From contig JBFXFU010000014.1 in assembly GCA_050178755.1 (NCBI GenBank), positions 661 to 64,660 on the forward strand: a stretch of DNA of 64,000 bases. Direction: 5' to 3'. The position numbers and the translations under genes were made by a program. The stretch is from Sulfuricurvum sp. Its GTDB lineage: Bacteria > Campylobacterota > Campylobacteria > Campylobacterales > Sulfurimonadaceae. Shown piece by piece: positions 18,669-28,570 of the stretch. Numbering within the stretch: the stretch's first letter is position 1; every line of letters starts with the position of its first letter. Below the pieces are notes generated by a model that saw only the letters and a program-made list of their open reading frames with translations, ran no database searches and was not told the DNA's origin.

Positions 18669-20186
18669 ATGGAAACTCTAAACGAAGTACTCGACTATCA
18701 CGAGCGTACCAAACACCGCCCTTCACGATATGCCGCCAGTCTGGGGTACATGGACTGGTCTACCCAACCCAATCCTTTTCGTTATTACTCCGGATGCGAC
18801 CGGATAGTTTTAACCCACGACACTTTAAGCGTCCCCTATTCAGCTCTATTTTCCCCGCAAACCCTTCCCAAAGCTCCCCTGTGTCTGGAATCGATCTCCC
18901 ATCTGCTGCGTTATTCGCTTGGACTGGCGGCATGGAAACATTACGGCCCCTCCCGCTGGGCGCTGCGCTGCAACGCCAGCAGCGGAAATCTCCACCCGAG
19001 CGAATGTTATCTGATCACCCCTTCTTTCGGATCGGGAGAATTTCCGGCCGCTTTGATGCATTACGCACCCCGGGAACATGTTCTGGAAGTCCTCCATTCC
19101 CTTGAAACAAGCGACACGGGAGACGAATCAAAGGGTTTCTATCTTATCTTAAACTCCGTACTCTGGCGTGAAGCGTGGAAATACGGCGAACGTTCCTGGC
19201 GATACTGCCAGCTCGATGCCGGACATGCGTATGAAGCAATTCGCCTTAGTGCCGCTTCTCTTGGATGGCATTGCCGCATCCTTCCGGTCGATAGCGATAC
19301 AATCGCCCATGCTTGCGGAACGGATCAATGCCAACGGTTTCATCCCGAGGAGTGTGAATCACCCGACATGATTTTATGGATCTCTTCTGAAACAGACCGG
19401 CCGACGTTTGAGCTGCCGAAACTGCCGGTTCTCGCTTCTCAGGCCAACCGGCTCAGTCCGTCGCACCACTCCTGGCCAATTTTAGAACAAATCGATCGTG
19501 CGACGAGAGGACTCTATCCGCCGCACAGACCTTTAGGGCGCAACCGAAAAACTCCCCCATCCACCGCTCCCTCTTCTGAGGTGATTCTCAAACGCCGGAG
19601 TGCCCAAATGATGGATCAAAGCGGAATCGACGAAGCCTCTTTTCGCCGATTGCTGGATGCTTCGCTCTTCTGTGATACAAGCGGCGACGTCCATTTCATC
19701 CTTTTTGTCCATCGGGTCGAAGGATTGGAAAAAGGGATGTATCTGTTTATCCGAAATCCACAAGACGAAACGCTTTTACGCAACTCCCTTCAAGCGGATT
19801 TTCTCTGGAAAGACTGCGGTGAGGGGTTCTATCTTTTACGTTCCGGAGATTGCCGAGGACAGGCACAATATATCTCCTGCAATCAGGAAATTGCCCGTGA
19901 CGGAGCCTTTAGTTTCGGTATGTTGTGCCGTTTTTCATCGGTATTGGAAGAAGAGGGAGCGATCGGATACAAAGCGCTCTATCATCAATGCGGTGCCATA
20001 GGGCAGACGATGTATCTGGAAGCGACGTCGATGGGACTTTCAGCGACGGGGATCGGATGTTTTCTGGACGACGAAATACATGCCTTGCTCGGCATCTCTT
20101 CCGAACGGCCATTTCAATCACTCTACCATTTCACGATCGGACGGGCGGTTGTCGATACCCGTATCGCAACCGGTCCGCCTTATTAA
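18669..20186 (+). CDS. SagB/ThcOx-family flavin dehydrogenase (two nitroreductase-like domains)
   Basis: YHERTKH, QPNPFRYY, LRCNASSGNLHPSE, KYGERSWRY...DAGH, CNQEIARDGAF, GLSATGIGCF. Confidence 0.88.
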   Translation: METLNEVLDYHERTKHRPSRYAASLGYMDWSTQPNPFRYYSGCDRIVLTHDTLSVPYSALFSPQTLPKAPLCLESISHLLRYSLGLAAWKHYGPSRWALRCNASSGNLHPSECYLITPSFGSGEFPAALMHYAPREHVLEVLHSLETSDTGDESKGFYLILNSVLWREAWKYGERSWRYCQLDAGHAYEAIRLSAASLGWHCRILPVDSDTIAHACGTDQCQRFHPEECESPDMILWISSETDRPTFELPKLPVLASQANRLSPSHHSWPILEQIDRATRGLYPPHRPLGRNRKTPPSTAPSSEVILKRRSAQMMDQSGIDEASFRRLLDASLFCDTSGDVHFILFVHRVEGLEKGMYLFIRNPQDETLLRNSLQADFLWKDCGEGFYLLRSGDCRGQAQYISCNQEIARDGAFSFGMLCRFSSVLEEEGAIGYKALYHQCGAIGQTMYLEATSMGLSATGIGCFLDDEIHALLGISSERPFQSLYHFTIGRAVVDTRIATGPPY

Positions 20187-20194
20187 AAAAACCG

Positions 20195-21259
20195 TTATTG
20201 TCCCGCTTTGAGACGGGCAATCATCGATTTTTGCGTTTCGTCGATGAGTTTATCGGCCAGTTGCAGATACGTTTTCTCATCAGCCGATACTTTGAATTCC
20301 TGCTTGTTGGCCGTCCCTCCGAAGGTACTTCCCATCAGATTCGACGCAACGTTTCCGAGCATCGAAAGGGCATTTCCGACGTTGGTATCGGTCGTATTCG
20401 CGTTCGAAGGCGTTTCGACGGCAAAACCGGCACCGGCGGATACCCGCTCTTTCAACCGGATAAAGGCATTTCCATCCTGCGACGGAGAACTCTCATTGCT
20501 CCAATGAAACGACGATGTATCCGGTACCCGTAACGAAAATCGGGTATCGTCCGTCGCAAGATACAATTCGCTCGTAACCGCTTGTCCATGACTGATAGAG
20601 CCCGCACCATCAGAGACGCTGGCTTTTGCATCACCGAATCCGACGACGTAATATACTTTTAACAACGTTGCGTTCAACGAATTGGCCAGATCGGCTTCGA
20701 TATCTTTATGCGGTCCTCTATTGGCAAAAACTTCCGACATTCCCTCTTGCCCCGTGTCAAATCCTACAAACCGTCCGGCAACTTCCCCCGCCGATTCGGT
20801 ATGGTAGGGCAATGCCGCCGGAGAACAGACAACCGCTTCCGATTTTGACCAACCTTTGGATTTGTTATACGTAAACGACACATCGTGCATCGTTTCGGCA
20901 CTTCGCTTGAGTTTGGCATATTCTTCATGCTTTTTGATCTCATCCAAAGGCACCACTTCTATCCCCGATGCCGCAAGGTCTTTGAGAAACTGTTGATACA
21001 TTTTTTCCGTATCTTTTTCCATCGCTGCTTTGGTAACCCCAAGAAGGCTAAACTCAGTCGTCGATGAAGAGGTTGAACCAAATCGCGATGCCGTTTTGAC
21101 CAATTTCGTCTGGTATTCCACCGCGAAATTGACTACCGCGACCCGTCGGTTTTTAGCGAAATTATCGGCTTTGTCAAATTCCAATACCGGCTCGGCATGC
21201 AAGGCCGCCACCGCAGCCACCATAAACCCTACAACAACACGTACAGCAGCGTTACGCAT
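20195..21259 (-). CDS. Uncharacterised secreted protein
   Basis: Cleavable signal peptide (MRNAAVRVVVGFMVAAVAALHA/EPV); 354 aa; Gly/Ser/Asn-rich segment near the C-terminus. Confidence 0.75.
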   Translation of the reverse strand: MRNAAVRVVVGFMVAAVAALHAEPVLEFDKADNFAKNRRVAVVNFAVEYQTKLVKTASRFGSTSSSTTEFSLLGVTKAAMEKDTEKMYQQFLKDLAASGIEVVPLDEIKKHEEYAKLKRSAETMHDVSFTYNKSKGWSKSEAVVCSPAALPYHTESAGEVAGRFVGFDTGQEGMSEVFANRGPHKDIEADLANSLNATLLKVYYVVGFGDAKASVSDGAGSISHGQAVTSELYLATDDTRFSLRVPDTSSFHWSNESSPSQDGNAFIRLKERVSAGAGFAVETPSNANTTDTNVGNALSMLGNVASNLMGSTFGGTANKQEFKVSADEKTYLQLADKLIDETQKSMIARLKAGQ

Positions 21260-21280
21260 GTTCCCCTCTTTGTATGCGCA

Positions 21281-21294
21281 AAATATGCATATTT
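21281..21294. promoter_or_regulatory. Perfect 14-bp palindrome AAATATGCATATTT, candidate operator
   Basis: Lies 22 bp upstream of the secreted-protein ATG, in the divergent region shared with the histidine kinase. Confidence 0.4.
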
Positions 21295-21474
21295 CATACT
21301 AATATATAACTTCTATTAATATGAATACGCATTCGCATTGTAAAACGCTCAATCTTAAATCCTGCTATTCAACTTCTCTTTCGCAGATGGGACAAAAGAT
21401 CATCATACCGCCTCCTTATCAAGGTTAAAGTATCTCTTACTTATAATTTTTTATTCTGGGTAAGGGGTACTTCG

Positions 21475-22884
21475 ATGAATCTCCACCATAACCTTTTTAT
21501 GAAAGAGACAGATACCCTCTTTAGCGCGCTTCCGCTCCCGCTATTCGCCTCCTGGTTCAATTCAATGTTCCTGGCCTGGATGCTTATCGGCCAGATCGAT
21601 TCTTCCGTCTTGATCATGTGGATCGGAGCCAATACCGTTTTGACCCTTCTTCGCTATGGAATCTACTTTTATTATCGACGTAACCGCGCATTTCACCCGG
21701 TACGGACCTTTTATCTCCTCTATTTTGGAGGGATGGCCATGTCATCCCTTTTGTGGGGTTCCACGGCCCTTTTCTTATTCCCTGAATCCTTGATCTATGC
21801 CGTTCTCGTCGTTTTCATCGCCGGCGGAATGACGGCCGGAGCCCTTGGGTCCGTTGCCTACCGGTTTGAAACCTATCTTATTTACAACCTTACGATCATG
21901 CTTCCGTTCATCATCGTTTTGCATCGCCATTCCGCACACGAGTTTCATATCATGGGCTTCATTCTGATCCTTTTTAGCGCTATGCTGATCATTTCCGGCA
22001 AAAAGTTTCATTCCCATTTCCTAGATGCCCTGACCTTGCAATTTGAACAACAGGCTCTCTCCGACTCCCTGCAATCGGAAAAAAAGAATATTGAAAAACT
22101 CAACAGCGAACTTTATGACAAAATCATCGAAAACGAATCCATCCAGGCTTCCCTTCGCAATGCGCTGGAAGAAGCCGAACAAGCCTCCAAAGCCAAAGAT
22201 GCCTTCTTCGCGACCATGAGCCATGAACTTCGGACCCCGCTGAACGCCATACTCGGATTTTCGCAAATTCTCTTCCGAAAAAACGAATTCCCGCCCCAAT
22301 TCAAAGATTTCATCGAAAAAATCTTTATCTCCGGTAACCATTTGCTCGAACTCGTCAATAGTATTCTCGACTTTTCAAAGATGCGGGCCGGAAAAATGAC
22401 CCCTCTGATCGATTCCATCCACCTGGCCGATCTTATGACCGATCTTAAGGCCATTACCGAACCGCTCGCGCACAAGAAGGCCATTTCGATCCTTTTTCCG
22501 GACAATCCGGATCTCGTTCTCAGAGCCGACCGTAAAATGCTTCATCAAATCCTGTTGAATCTCCTCAGCAATGCGATCAAGTTTTCTCCGCCGGAATCCA
22601 CCGTGACCCTGACGTATCATAATCACAATGAACACTTGCTCTGCGTCTGCGATGAAGGCTCAGGGATCGCCTCCGAGAATCTCCTCGCCATTTTCGACCC
22701 GTTTGTCCAGGTCAAACGAAACCTTATCGAGCAGCAGGGAACCGGCCTCGGTTTAGCGATTGTCAAAGAGATGGTTCAGGCACACGGAGGGGAAATCTGG
22801 GTAGAGAGTACCGAGGGAAAAGGGAGCTGCTTTTACGTTGCCTTGCCGTTAAATGGGCAATCACCGATCACTGCCGCAGAATAA
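21475..22884 (+). CDS. Membrane sensor histidine kinase without receiver domain (orphan)
   Basis: Several TM helices; H-box MSHELRTPLN, N-box NLLSNAIKF, G1 DEGSGI, G2 GTGLGL. TATAAT at 21442-21447. Confidence 0.93.
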   Translation: MNLHHNLFMKETDTLFSALPLPLFASWFNSMFLAWMLIGQIDSSVLIMWIGANTVLTLLRYGIYFYYRRNRAFHPVRTFYLLYFGGMAMSSLLWGSTALFLFPESLIYAVLVVFIAGGMTAGALGSVAYRFETYLIYNLTIMLPFIIVLHRHSAHEFHIMGFILILFSAMLIISGKKFHSHFLDALTLQFEQQALSDSLQSEKKNIEKLNSELYDKIIENESIQASLRNALEEAEQASKAKDAFFATMSHELRTPLNAILGFSQILFRKNEFPPQFKDFIEKIFISGNHLLELVNSILDFSKMRAGKMTPLIDSIHLADLMTDLKAITEPLAHKKAISILFPDNPDLVLRADRKMLHQILLNLLSNAIKFSPPESTVTLTYHNHNEHLLCVCDEGSGIASENLLAIFDPFVQVKRNLIEQQGTGLGLAIVKEMVQAHGGEIWVESTEGKGSCFYVALPLNGQSPITAAE

Positions 22885-22900
22885 AAACGTCTCATACCGC

Positions 22901-23476
22901 TTAACGGGTTTCCGCGTCCGAAAGAGTCAGGCATAAAATCACCTTTTTACCGTTTGCGTGCAGCGTTTCGGCCGCTTCGCTCAATGTAGCACCGGTTGTG
23001 ATGACATCGTCCACCAAGATCACTTCATCGTATTCAAACGGACGATAGTGAAATTCTCTCGGGTTTTGGAGTCGTTCTTGGACACTTTTTCCGGCGTAGG
23101 TAAAATCGTTCCCGGCACGCATTTTCCCAAACACCGGTTTGATATGGCGGGATTTCAGGGCACGGTTCAAGAGTGCCGTATGGCTGTAGCCGTTTTTGAC
23201 ATGATCATCAATACAGACCGATGCCACCGGATAATCGTATCGCCACTCTTGCGCAAACGCTTTCATCGCCTGTTGTGCAAGGATCGAATAGACGTAATAC
23301 CCCAGATCGGTATGTTTGCTGAGCAGCAACGGTTCGATCTCGCTGTAAGGGAAAAAAGAGTAGACGGGGATGGAACCGAGAATTTTACGTTTGTGTAAGA
23401 CGGGGGTAAGATGGGTTATGCGACAGTTGCGGCAAATATGTGAAAGGGAAAACCGTTCACACATCAAACAGCGCAT
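22901..23476 (-). CDS. comF: ComF-family amidophosphoribosyltransferase-like competence protein
   Basis: N-terminal CLMC..CRNC zinc finger and ILVDDVITTGATL PRT motif. Confidence 0.88.
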   Translation of the reverse strand: MRCLMCERFSLSHICRNCRITHLTPVLHKRKILGSIPVYSFFPYSEIEPLLLSKHTDLGYYVYSILAQQAMKAFAQEWRYDYPVASVCIDDHVKNGYSHTALLNRALKSRHIKPVFGKMRAGNDFTYAGKSVQERLQNPREFHYRPFEYDEVILVDDVITTGATLSEAAETLHANGKKVILCLTLSDAETR

Positions 23477-23477
23477 G

Positions 23478-25268
23478 TCAGTCCATTTTGAGAACCGACA
23501 TGAAAGCTTCCTGCGGAAGTTGGACTTTCCCGATCGCTTTCATCCGTTTTTTACCCTCTTTTTGTTTTTCGAGGAGTTTACGTTTACGGGAGATATCCCC
23601 GCCGTAACATTTGGCGGTGACGTTTTTACCCATCGATTTGACCGTTTCACGGGCGATAACGCGGTTTCCGATCGAGGCCTGGATCGCCACTTCAAACAGT
23701 TGTCTCGGAACGATCTCTTTCATATTCGTTACAAGTGCCCGTCCGCGGGATTCCGCACTACTTCGCGGAACGATGACGCTCAACGCATCGACGACGTCTC
23801 CGGCTACGCGGACATCAAGTTTAACGAGGTCGCCCTGACGGAATTCGATCGGATCGTAATCGAAACTCGCGTACCCTTTGGAGGTTGATTTGAGTTTATC
23901 GTAGAAATCAACGACGATCTCATTCATCGGCATCACATAGATGAGCATGACCCGCGTCTCGTTGAGATACTCCATCTTTTCCTGCATCCCCCGCTTCGCG
24001 GTCAAAAGAGTGATGATATTCCCCAAGTAGTCTGTCGGGACAATGACCGTTGCCCGAACGTACGGTTCTTCGATCCGCTCGATATTCTGCGGCTCGGGAA
24101 GTTCACTCGGGTTTTGGACTTCCACCATCGACCCGTCCGTCTTATAGACTTTGTAGACAACAGAAGGTGCGGTCGCGATCAGATCGAGATTAAACTCTCT
24201 CTCCAACCGCTCTTTGACCACCTCCATGTGAAGCATCCCCAAGAACCCAACACGGAAACCGAATCCCAACGCAATAGAGGTTTCCGGCTCGTAGCTGAGG
24301 CTGCTATCGTTGAGTTTGAGTTTATCGAGCGCGTCCCGCACCGACTCAAATTCATCGGTATCGATCGGATAGATCCCCGCAAATACGAACGGTTTTGCCG
24401 GAGCATACTCACCGACAGGCTCTTTGGCAGGATTACGCGCATCGGTGATCGTATCGCCGACGCGGATACTGCCGACCTCTTTAACACCCAAGATCACGAT
24501 CCCGATCTCTCCGGCTTTGATCGTTTGCGTTTTCTGGCGGCGCAGCGGATGAGGATACAACAACTCTAGAACCTGATGGTTTTCATTGTTGTGCATCAAT
24601 TTAACCATCTGCCCTGTTTTAATCTCTCCGTCAAACACACGCACAAGCGCCATAGCCCCTTGATACGAATCGAACCATGAGTCATAAATGATTGCTTTGG
24701 TCGTCGCACTCGGGTCCCCTACGGGTGCAGGGATACGATCGACAATCGCATCAATCAATGTCCGAATCCCAATCCCGGTTTTTGCCGAGATCATCACCGC
24801 ATCGGTCGCATCGATCCCGATGGTCGTTTCGATCTCTTCGGCAACTCGTTCCGGCTCTGCCGCAGGAAGATCGATTTTATTGATTACAGGGATGAGGGTT
24901 AGATCATTCTCCATCGCCATATAGACGTTGGCAATCGTTTGCGCTTCAACCCCCTGCGCCGCATCTACAATGAGCAGTGCACCGTCCGAAGATGCGAGCG
25001 ATTTGGAAACTTCGTAGCTGAAATCGACGTGGCCCGGAGTATCGATCAGGTTTAGGATATAGTGCTTACCGTCTTTGACGTAATCAAGACGAACGCTCTG
25101 CGCTTTAATCGTAATCCCGCGCTCTTGCTCGATGTCCATTGTATCCATCATCTGCTTGGTGAGTTCACGATCACTGACCGCTCCGCACTCTTGAATAATA
25201 CGGTCAGCTAACGTACTTTTTCCGTGGTCGATATGGGCAATGATTGAAAAGTTGCGTATATTATCCAT
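23478..25268 (-). CDS. lepA: Elongation factor 4
   Basis: [51 protein letters not shown]. Confidence 0.99.
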   Translation of the reverse strand: MDNIRNFSIIAHIDHGKSTLADRIIQECGAVSDRELTKQMMDTMDIEQERGITIKAQSVRLDYVKDGKHYILNLIDTPGHVDFSYEVSKSLASSDGALLIVDAAQGVEAQTIANVYMAMENDLTLIPVINKIDLPAAEPERVAEEIETTIGIDATDAVMISAKTGIGIRTLIDAIVDRIPAPVGDPSATTKAIIYDSWFDSYQGAMALVRVFDGEIKTGQMVKLMHNNENHQVLELLYPHPLRRQKTQTIKAGEIGIVILGVKEVGSIRVGDTITDARNPAKEPVGEYAPAKPFVFAGIYPIDTDEFESVRDALDKLKLNDSSLSYEPETSIALGFGFRVGFLGMLHMEVVKERLEREFNLDLIATAPSVVYKVYKTDGSMVEVQNPSELPEPQNIERIEEPYVRATVIVPTDYLGNIITLLTAKRGMQEKMEYLNETRVMLIYVMPMNEIVVDFYDKLKSTSKGYASFDYDPIEFRQGDLVKLDVRVAGDVVDALSVIVPRSSAESRGRALVTNMKEIVPRQLFEVAIQASIGNRVIARETVKSMGKNVTAKCYGGDISRKRKLLEKQKEGKKRMKAIGKVQLPQEAFMSVLKMD

Positions 25269-25379
25269 TAGATTGATTACTCGTATGTTTTAATTAGGGG
25301 AATTATAGCAAAAGGTTGCTTAGGGGGGTGCGGGTACAAACGACCCGCGATTCATCAGAGTTCTTTCATGACTCTATTT

Positions 25380-25417
25380 TTTGAACGCCATCGGAGCAAA
25401 GCTACGCTTGCCGCTAA
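25380..25417 (-). repeat. Shorter copy of the REP-like intergenic element (between prs and lepA)
   Basis: Minus strand ttagcggc-a-agcgtag-ctttgctccgat-gg-cgttcaaa aligns block for block with 15218-15274. Confidence 0.5.
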
Positions 25418-25483
25418 GGCACTTAAAGCTTGCCTTTTGAGGTAGAGGACTTCTTGCAAAACAAGGTTATGCAAGATGTTTAT

Positions 25484-26413
25484 TCAGCTAAAGAGGCTAT
25501 TGACGCTTTCGTTGTGGTACACGCGGCGGATCACTTCGGCAAACAACGGAGCGACGCTAAGGACTTTGATTTTATCGCTTTTCCCTTTGAGATCAAGCGT
25601 ATTGGAGATAACCAGTTCGTCGAGTTCTCCGCTATTGAGATTATCGTATGCCTTACCGCTCAATACGCCGTGCGTTGCACACGCCATAACCGATGTCGCA
25701 CCGTTTTTCTTCAAAGCCGCAGCCGCTTTGACCATCGTACCGGCCGTATCAACCATGTCATCGATCATAATGACGTCTTTTCCCTTGACGTCACCGATGA
25801 TGTTCATCACTTCGCTTTCGTTCGCTTTTTCGCGGCGTTTATCGACGATGACCATCTCAAGACCGAGTTTCTCGGCAAAATAACGGGCACGTGCCACCCC
25901 GCCGATATCCGGAGACGCGATGATCGGATTGGAAAGATTTTTTGTTTTGATGTACTCCTGAAACAGGATCGCCCCGTACAGATTGTCAACAGGGATGTTG
26001 AAAAAGCCCTGAATCTGCCCGGCATGAAGATCGATCGTAACGACACGGTCGATTCCCGCCGTTTCAAACATATCGGCTACGAGTTTTGCCGTGATGGGAA
26101 CGCGCGGAGCCGCTTTACGGTCCTGACGCGCGTACCCGAAATACGGTACGACCGCCGTGATCGAGCTGGCCGAACTGCGGCGCAATGCGTCGGTCATAAT
26201 CAAAAGTTCCATCAAATTGTCATTGGACGGAGCCCCGGTACTTTGGATGATAAAGACGTCCCGTCCCCGAACGCTTTCGGCAATCTGAACGTTGATTTCG
26301 CCGTCACTGAACCGTTTAACCTGAGCTTTTGAGAGGGGAACGTCAAGAGTTTTGCACACCTCTGCCGCAAATTCCGTACATGAAGAACCACTAAAAATTT
26401 TGTATCCGCGCAT
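25484..26413 (-). CDS. prs: Ribose-phosphate pyrophosphokinase
   Basis: FSDGEI, PYFGYARQDRK, DLHAGQIQGFF, SPDIGGVARAR, IDDMVDTAGT; start MRGYKIF. Confidence 0.98.
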   Translation of the reverse strand: MRGYKIFSGSSCTEFAAEVCKTLDVPLSKAQVKRFSDGEINVQIAESVRGRDVFIIQSTGAPSNDNLMELLIMTDALRRSSASSITAVVPYFGYARQDRKAAPRVPITAKLVADMFETAGIDRVVTIDLHAGQIQGFFNIPVDNLYGAILFQEYIKTKNLSNPIIASPDIGGVARARYFAEKLGLEMVIVDKRREKANESEVMNIIGDVKGKDVIMIDDMVDTAGTMVKAAAALKKNGATSVMACATHGVLSGKAYDNLNSGELDELVISNTLDLKGKSDKIKVLSVAPLFAEVIRRVYHNESVNSLFS

Positions 26414-26486
26414 TCTGGCATCCCTGATTACGATAGTGTAATAATAAAATTTCGGGATTATAGCGTGATGAGACTTAGCACTTTCT

Positions 26487-26501
26487 AATGAACCGTTCAT
26501 T
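26487..26501. promoter_or_regulatory. 7-1-7 inverted repeat AATGAAC-C-GTTCATT between the divergent prs and cheR promoters
   Basis: Perfect inverted repeat. The prs -10 lies at about 26457-26462 (minus) and the cheR extended -10 TGCTACAAT at 26521-26529. Confidence 0.35.
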
Positions 26502-26583
26502 GCCGAATCGGCCGAAAATCTGCTACAATTGACGGCGAAAACAAACACTGTTTTTTGCCATTACTGCGCGTCACAAGGACACC

Positions 26584-27441
26584 ATGCTTAAAATTAACCG
26601 TTCCGATATACGTTTGGCCCGGGAACTCAACAAAAAATTTTTCGGCAACTCGATCGGAGAGCAAAAAGAGTTGTTAATACGAAACAGGCTGAAAAAACTG
26701 TATCGGAATTACGGCGGCCCCCTCTCGCTGACGCAAATGCTCGAAGAGATTTCACACGGAAAAAACGTTCAAGCCTTCATCAACGCTTTTACGACCAACA
26801 AAACCTCTTTTTTCCGGGAACCGCTCCAATTTGAGGATTTGATGAATCGCGTTTTTCCGGACCATTTTGCCCATTCCAGAGAGATCAAAATCTATTCGTG
26901 CGCTTCCTCGACCGGAGAAGAACCCTATTCGATCGGGATCACCCTGCTCACTTATCTTGAACAAAACACCCTGCCGATGAGTAGCCGCGTGTATGCAACG
27001 GATATCGACACCGACGTTCTCAAAACGGCACAAAACGGCATTTACCGATTTGATACGGAACATTCCCCTTTTCCGAATTGGGTACGTCCTCAGAATTTTT
27101 TTCAACGGCGTATTGTTGACGGTGTCCACTACGTGCTGATCCGGGCCAACGATAAACTTCGCCATCTTCTTTCGTTCAGCCAATACAATCTTCTTGATCC
27201 CGAACCGGCTTTTGCCCCGATGAAATTCGACGTTATCTTTTGCCGGAACGTGTTGATCTATTTCAATAACCACGATCAGGAGAAAGTTTTGAACAAACTC
27301 TTCGACCAGCTCAAGATAGGGGGGACTCTTTATACAGGGCATTCCGAGACTCCGTTTTCTCTCTACTCCTATATCGAAAAAATCGGGCCGTCTATTTTTA
27401 AAAAACATTCCGAACGAAAAGGCGTAGCATGTACCGTGTGA
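26584..27441 (+). CDS. cheR: Chemotaxis methyltransferase CheR
   Basis: TTNKTSFFRE, CASSTGEEPYS, ATDID, DVIFCRNVLIYF. Confidence 0.96.
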   Translation: MLKINRSDIRLARELNKKFFGNSIGEQKELLIRNRLKKLYRNYGGPLSLTQMLEEISHGKNVQAFINAFTTNKTSFFREPLQFEDLMNRVFPDHFAHSREIKIYSCASSTGEEPYSIGITLLTYLEQNTLPMSSRVYATDIDTDVLKTAQNGIYRFDTEHSPFPNWVRPQNFFQRRIVDGVHYVLIRANDKLRHLLSFSQYNLLDPEPAFAPMKFDVIFCRNVLIYFNNHDQEKVLNKLFDQLKIGGTLYTGHSETPFSLYSYIEKIGPSIFKKHSERKGVACTV

Positions 27442-28520
27442 TTGTTATCGACGATTCCGATTTTTATCGACGCTTTCTTGAACAGGTCATCAACAGTTTT
27501 GAGGACTTCGAAGTGGTTGCTACGGCCGAAGACGCCTATGACGCCCGTGAAAAAATCAAACAATTCAAACCCGACCTCGTCACCATCGATATCAATATGC
27601 CCAAAATGGACGGCATCGTATTTCTCAAAAATCTGATGAGACTCCATCCCATGCCCTCTTTTATTGTCTCTTCGGAAGCCGCACGTCACAAAGAAGCCTA
27701 CGAAGACGGAGCTCTCGGGTTTGTCGAAAAAACCCGTGCGGACGAAAATCCCCAGGAATTTATCCATCGCCTCAAAACCATGCTGCTCAACTTTACCTAT
27801 CTGTATGACCGGTACCGGCAAAAAAACCGTCCTTCCGGTCCTGCAGCGGAGGACGGGGGACAAAAACTCTCTCCGGACGTCATGCTGCTCTCCAAACCGG
27901 CTCTTGGAAATTCCATGCATGCCGTTGCCATCGCCGCGAGCACCGGCGGAATCGAGGCCATCCATACCCTTGTTTCAGCCCTCCCCGAGCATACCCCTCC
28001 TATCTTTATCGTCCAACATATTCCGCATGGATTCGCACGCAGTTTCATCCAACGCCTCCGTTCCCTGACGAAACTGAATGTCGTGGAGGTGACCGAATCG
28101 GTAGCGATTGAAGCCGATACCCTTTACCTCTCGGGAGGAACCGGTCACCTGTTGGTTTCTCCTTCGGGAAAACCTTCCCACCCCGGTTTCGTCACGATGG
28201 CCGAAGGTCCGCGGATCAGCCGCCACCTCCCCAGTGCCGACATTCTCTTCCGCTCGGTCAATAACACCTTCGGCAAACAGACGCTCGGAGTCATTCTGAC
28301 CGGAATGGGGGACGACGGGGTCATCGGGCTCAAAGAGCTCTACGTCAACGGCGCCTGGACCCTCGCGCAGGATGAAGCGAGTTGCGTCGTGTTCGGAATG
28401 CCGCGCAAAGCTATCGAGGTCGGAGCGATCAGCGAAATTCTCTCATTACAGGAAATTTCACGCAAAATAGCCAATTTTTGTGTTAAACACGCTAAGATTT
28501 CTCCTCTAATGAAAATATGA
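27429..28520 (+). CDS. cheB: Chemotaxis methylesterase CheB (REC + methylesterase)
   Basis: Receiver domain (DINMPKMDG) plus catalytic triad motifs ASTGG, VQHIP, LTGMGDDG. Confidence 0.96.
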   Translation: MYRVIVIDDSDFYRRFLEQVINSFEDFEVVATAEDAYDAREKIKQFKPDLVTIDINMPKMDGIVFLKNLMRLHPMPSFIVSSEAARHKEAYEDGALGFVEKTRADENPQEFIHRLKTMLLNFTYLYDRYRQKNRPSGPAAEDGGQKLSPDVMLLSKPALGNSMHAVAIAASTGGIEAIHTLVSALPEHTPPIFIVQHIPHGFARSFIQRLRSLTKLNVVEVTESVAIEADTLYLSGGTGHLLVSPSGKPSHPGFVTMAEGPRISRHLPSADILFRSVNNTFGKQTLGVILTGMGDDGVIGLKELYVNGAWTLAQDEASCVVFGMPRKAIEVGAISEILSLQEISRKIANFCVKHAKISPLMKI

Positions 28521-28570
28521 TCTCTTGTTGCCGCAAACAAAACATTAACTTTTATGAACAAAGGTAGGTT

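Noticed and set aside
18669-20186. RiPP (thiazole/oxazole) biosynthetic cluster around the SagB-like gene
   Set aside because: No YcaO, E1-like protein, precursor peptide or dedicated exporter is adjacent.
25430-26332. 300-aa + strand ORF opposite prs, and many other long antisense ORFs in the track (e.g. 773-1381, 4694-5269, 29081-29869, 45546-46148)
   Set aside because: They shadow well-supported genes on the opposite strand, have no recognisable motifs, and are expected from codon bias.
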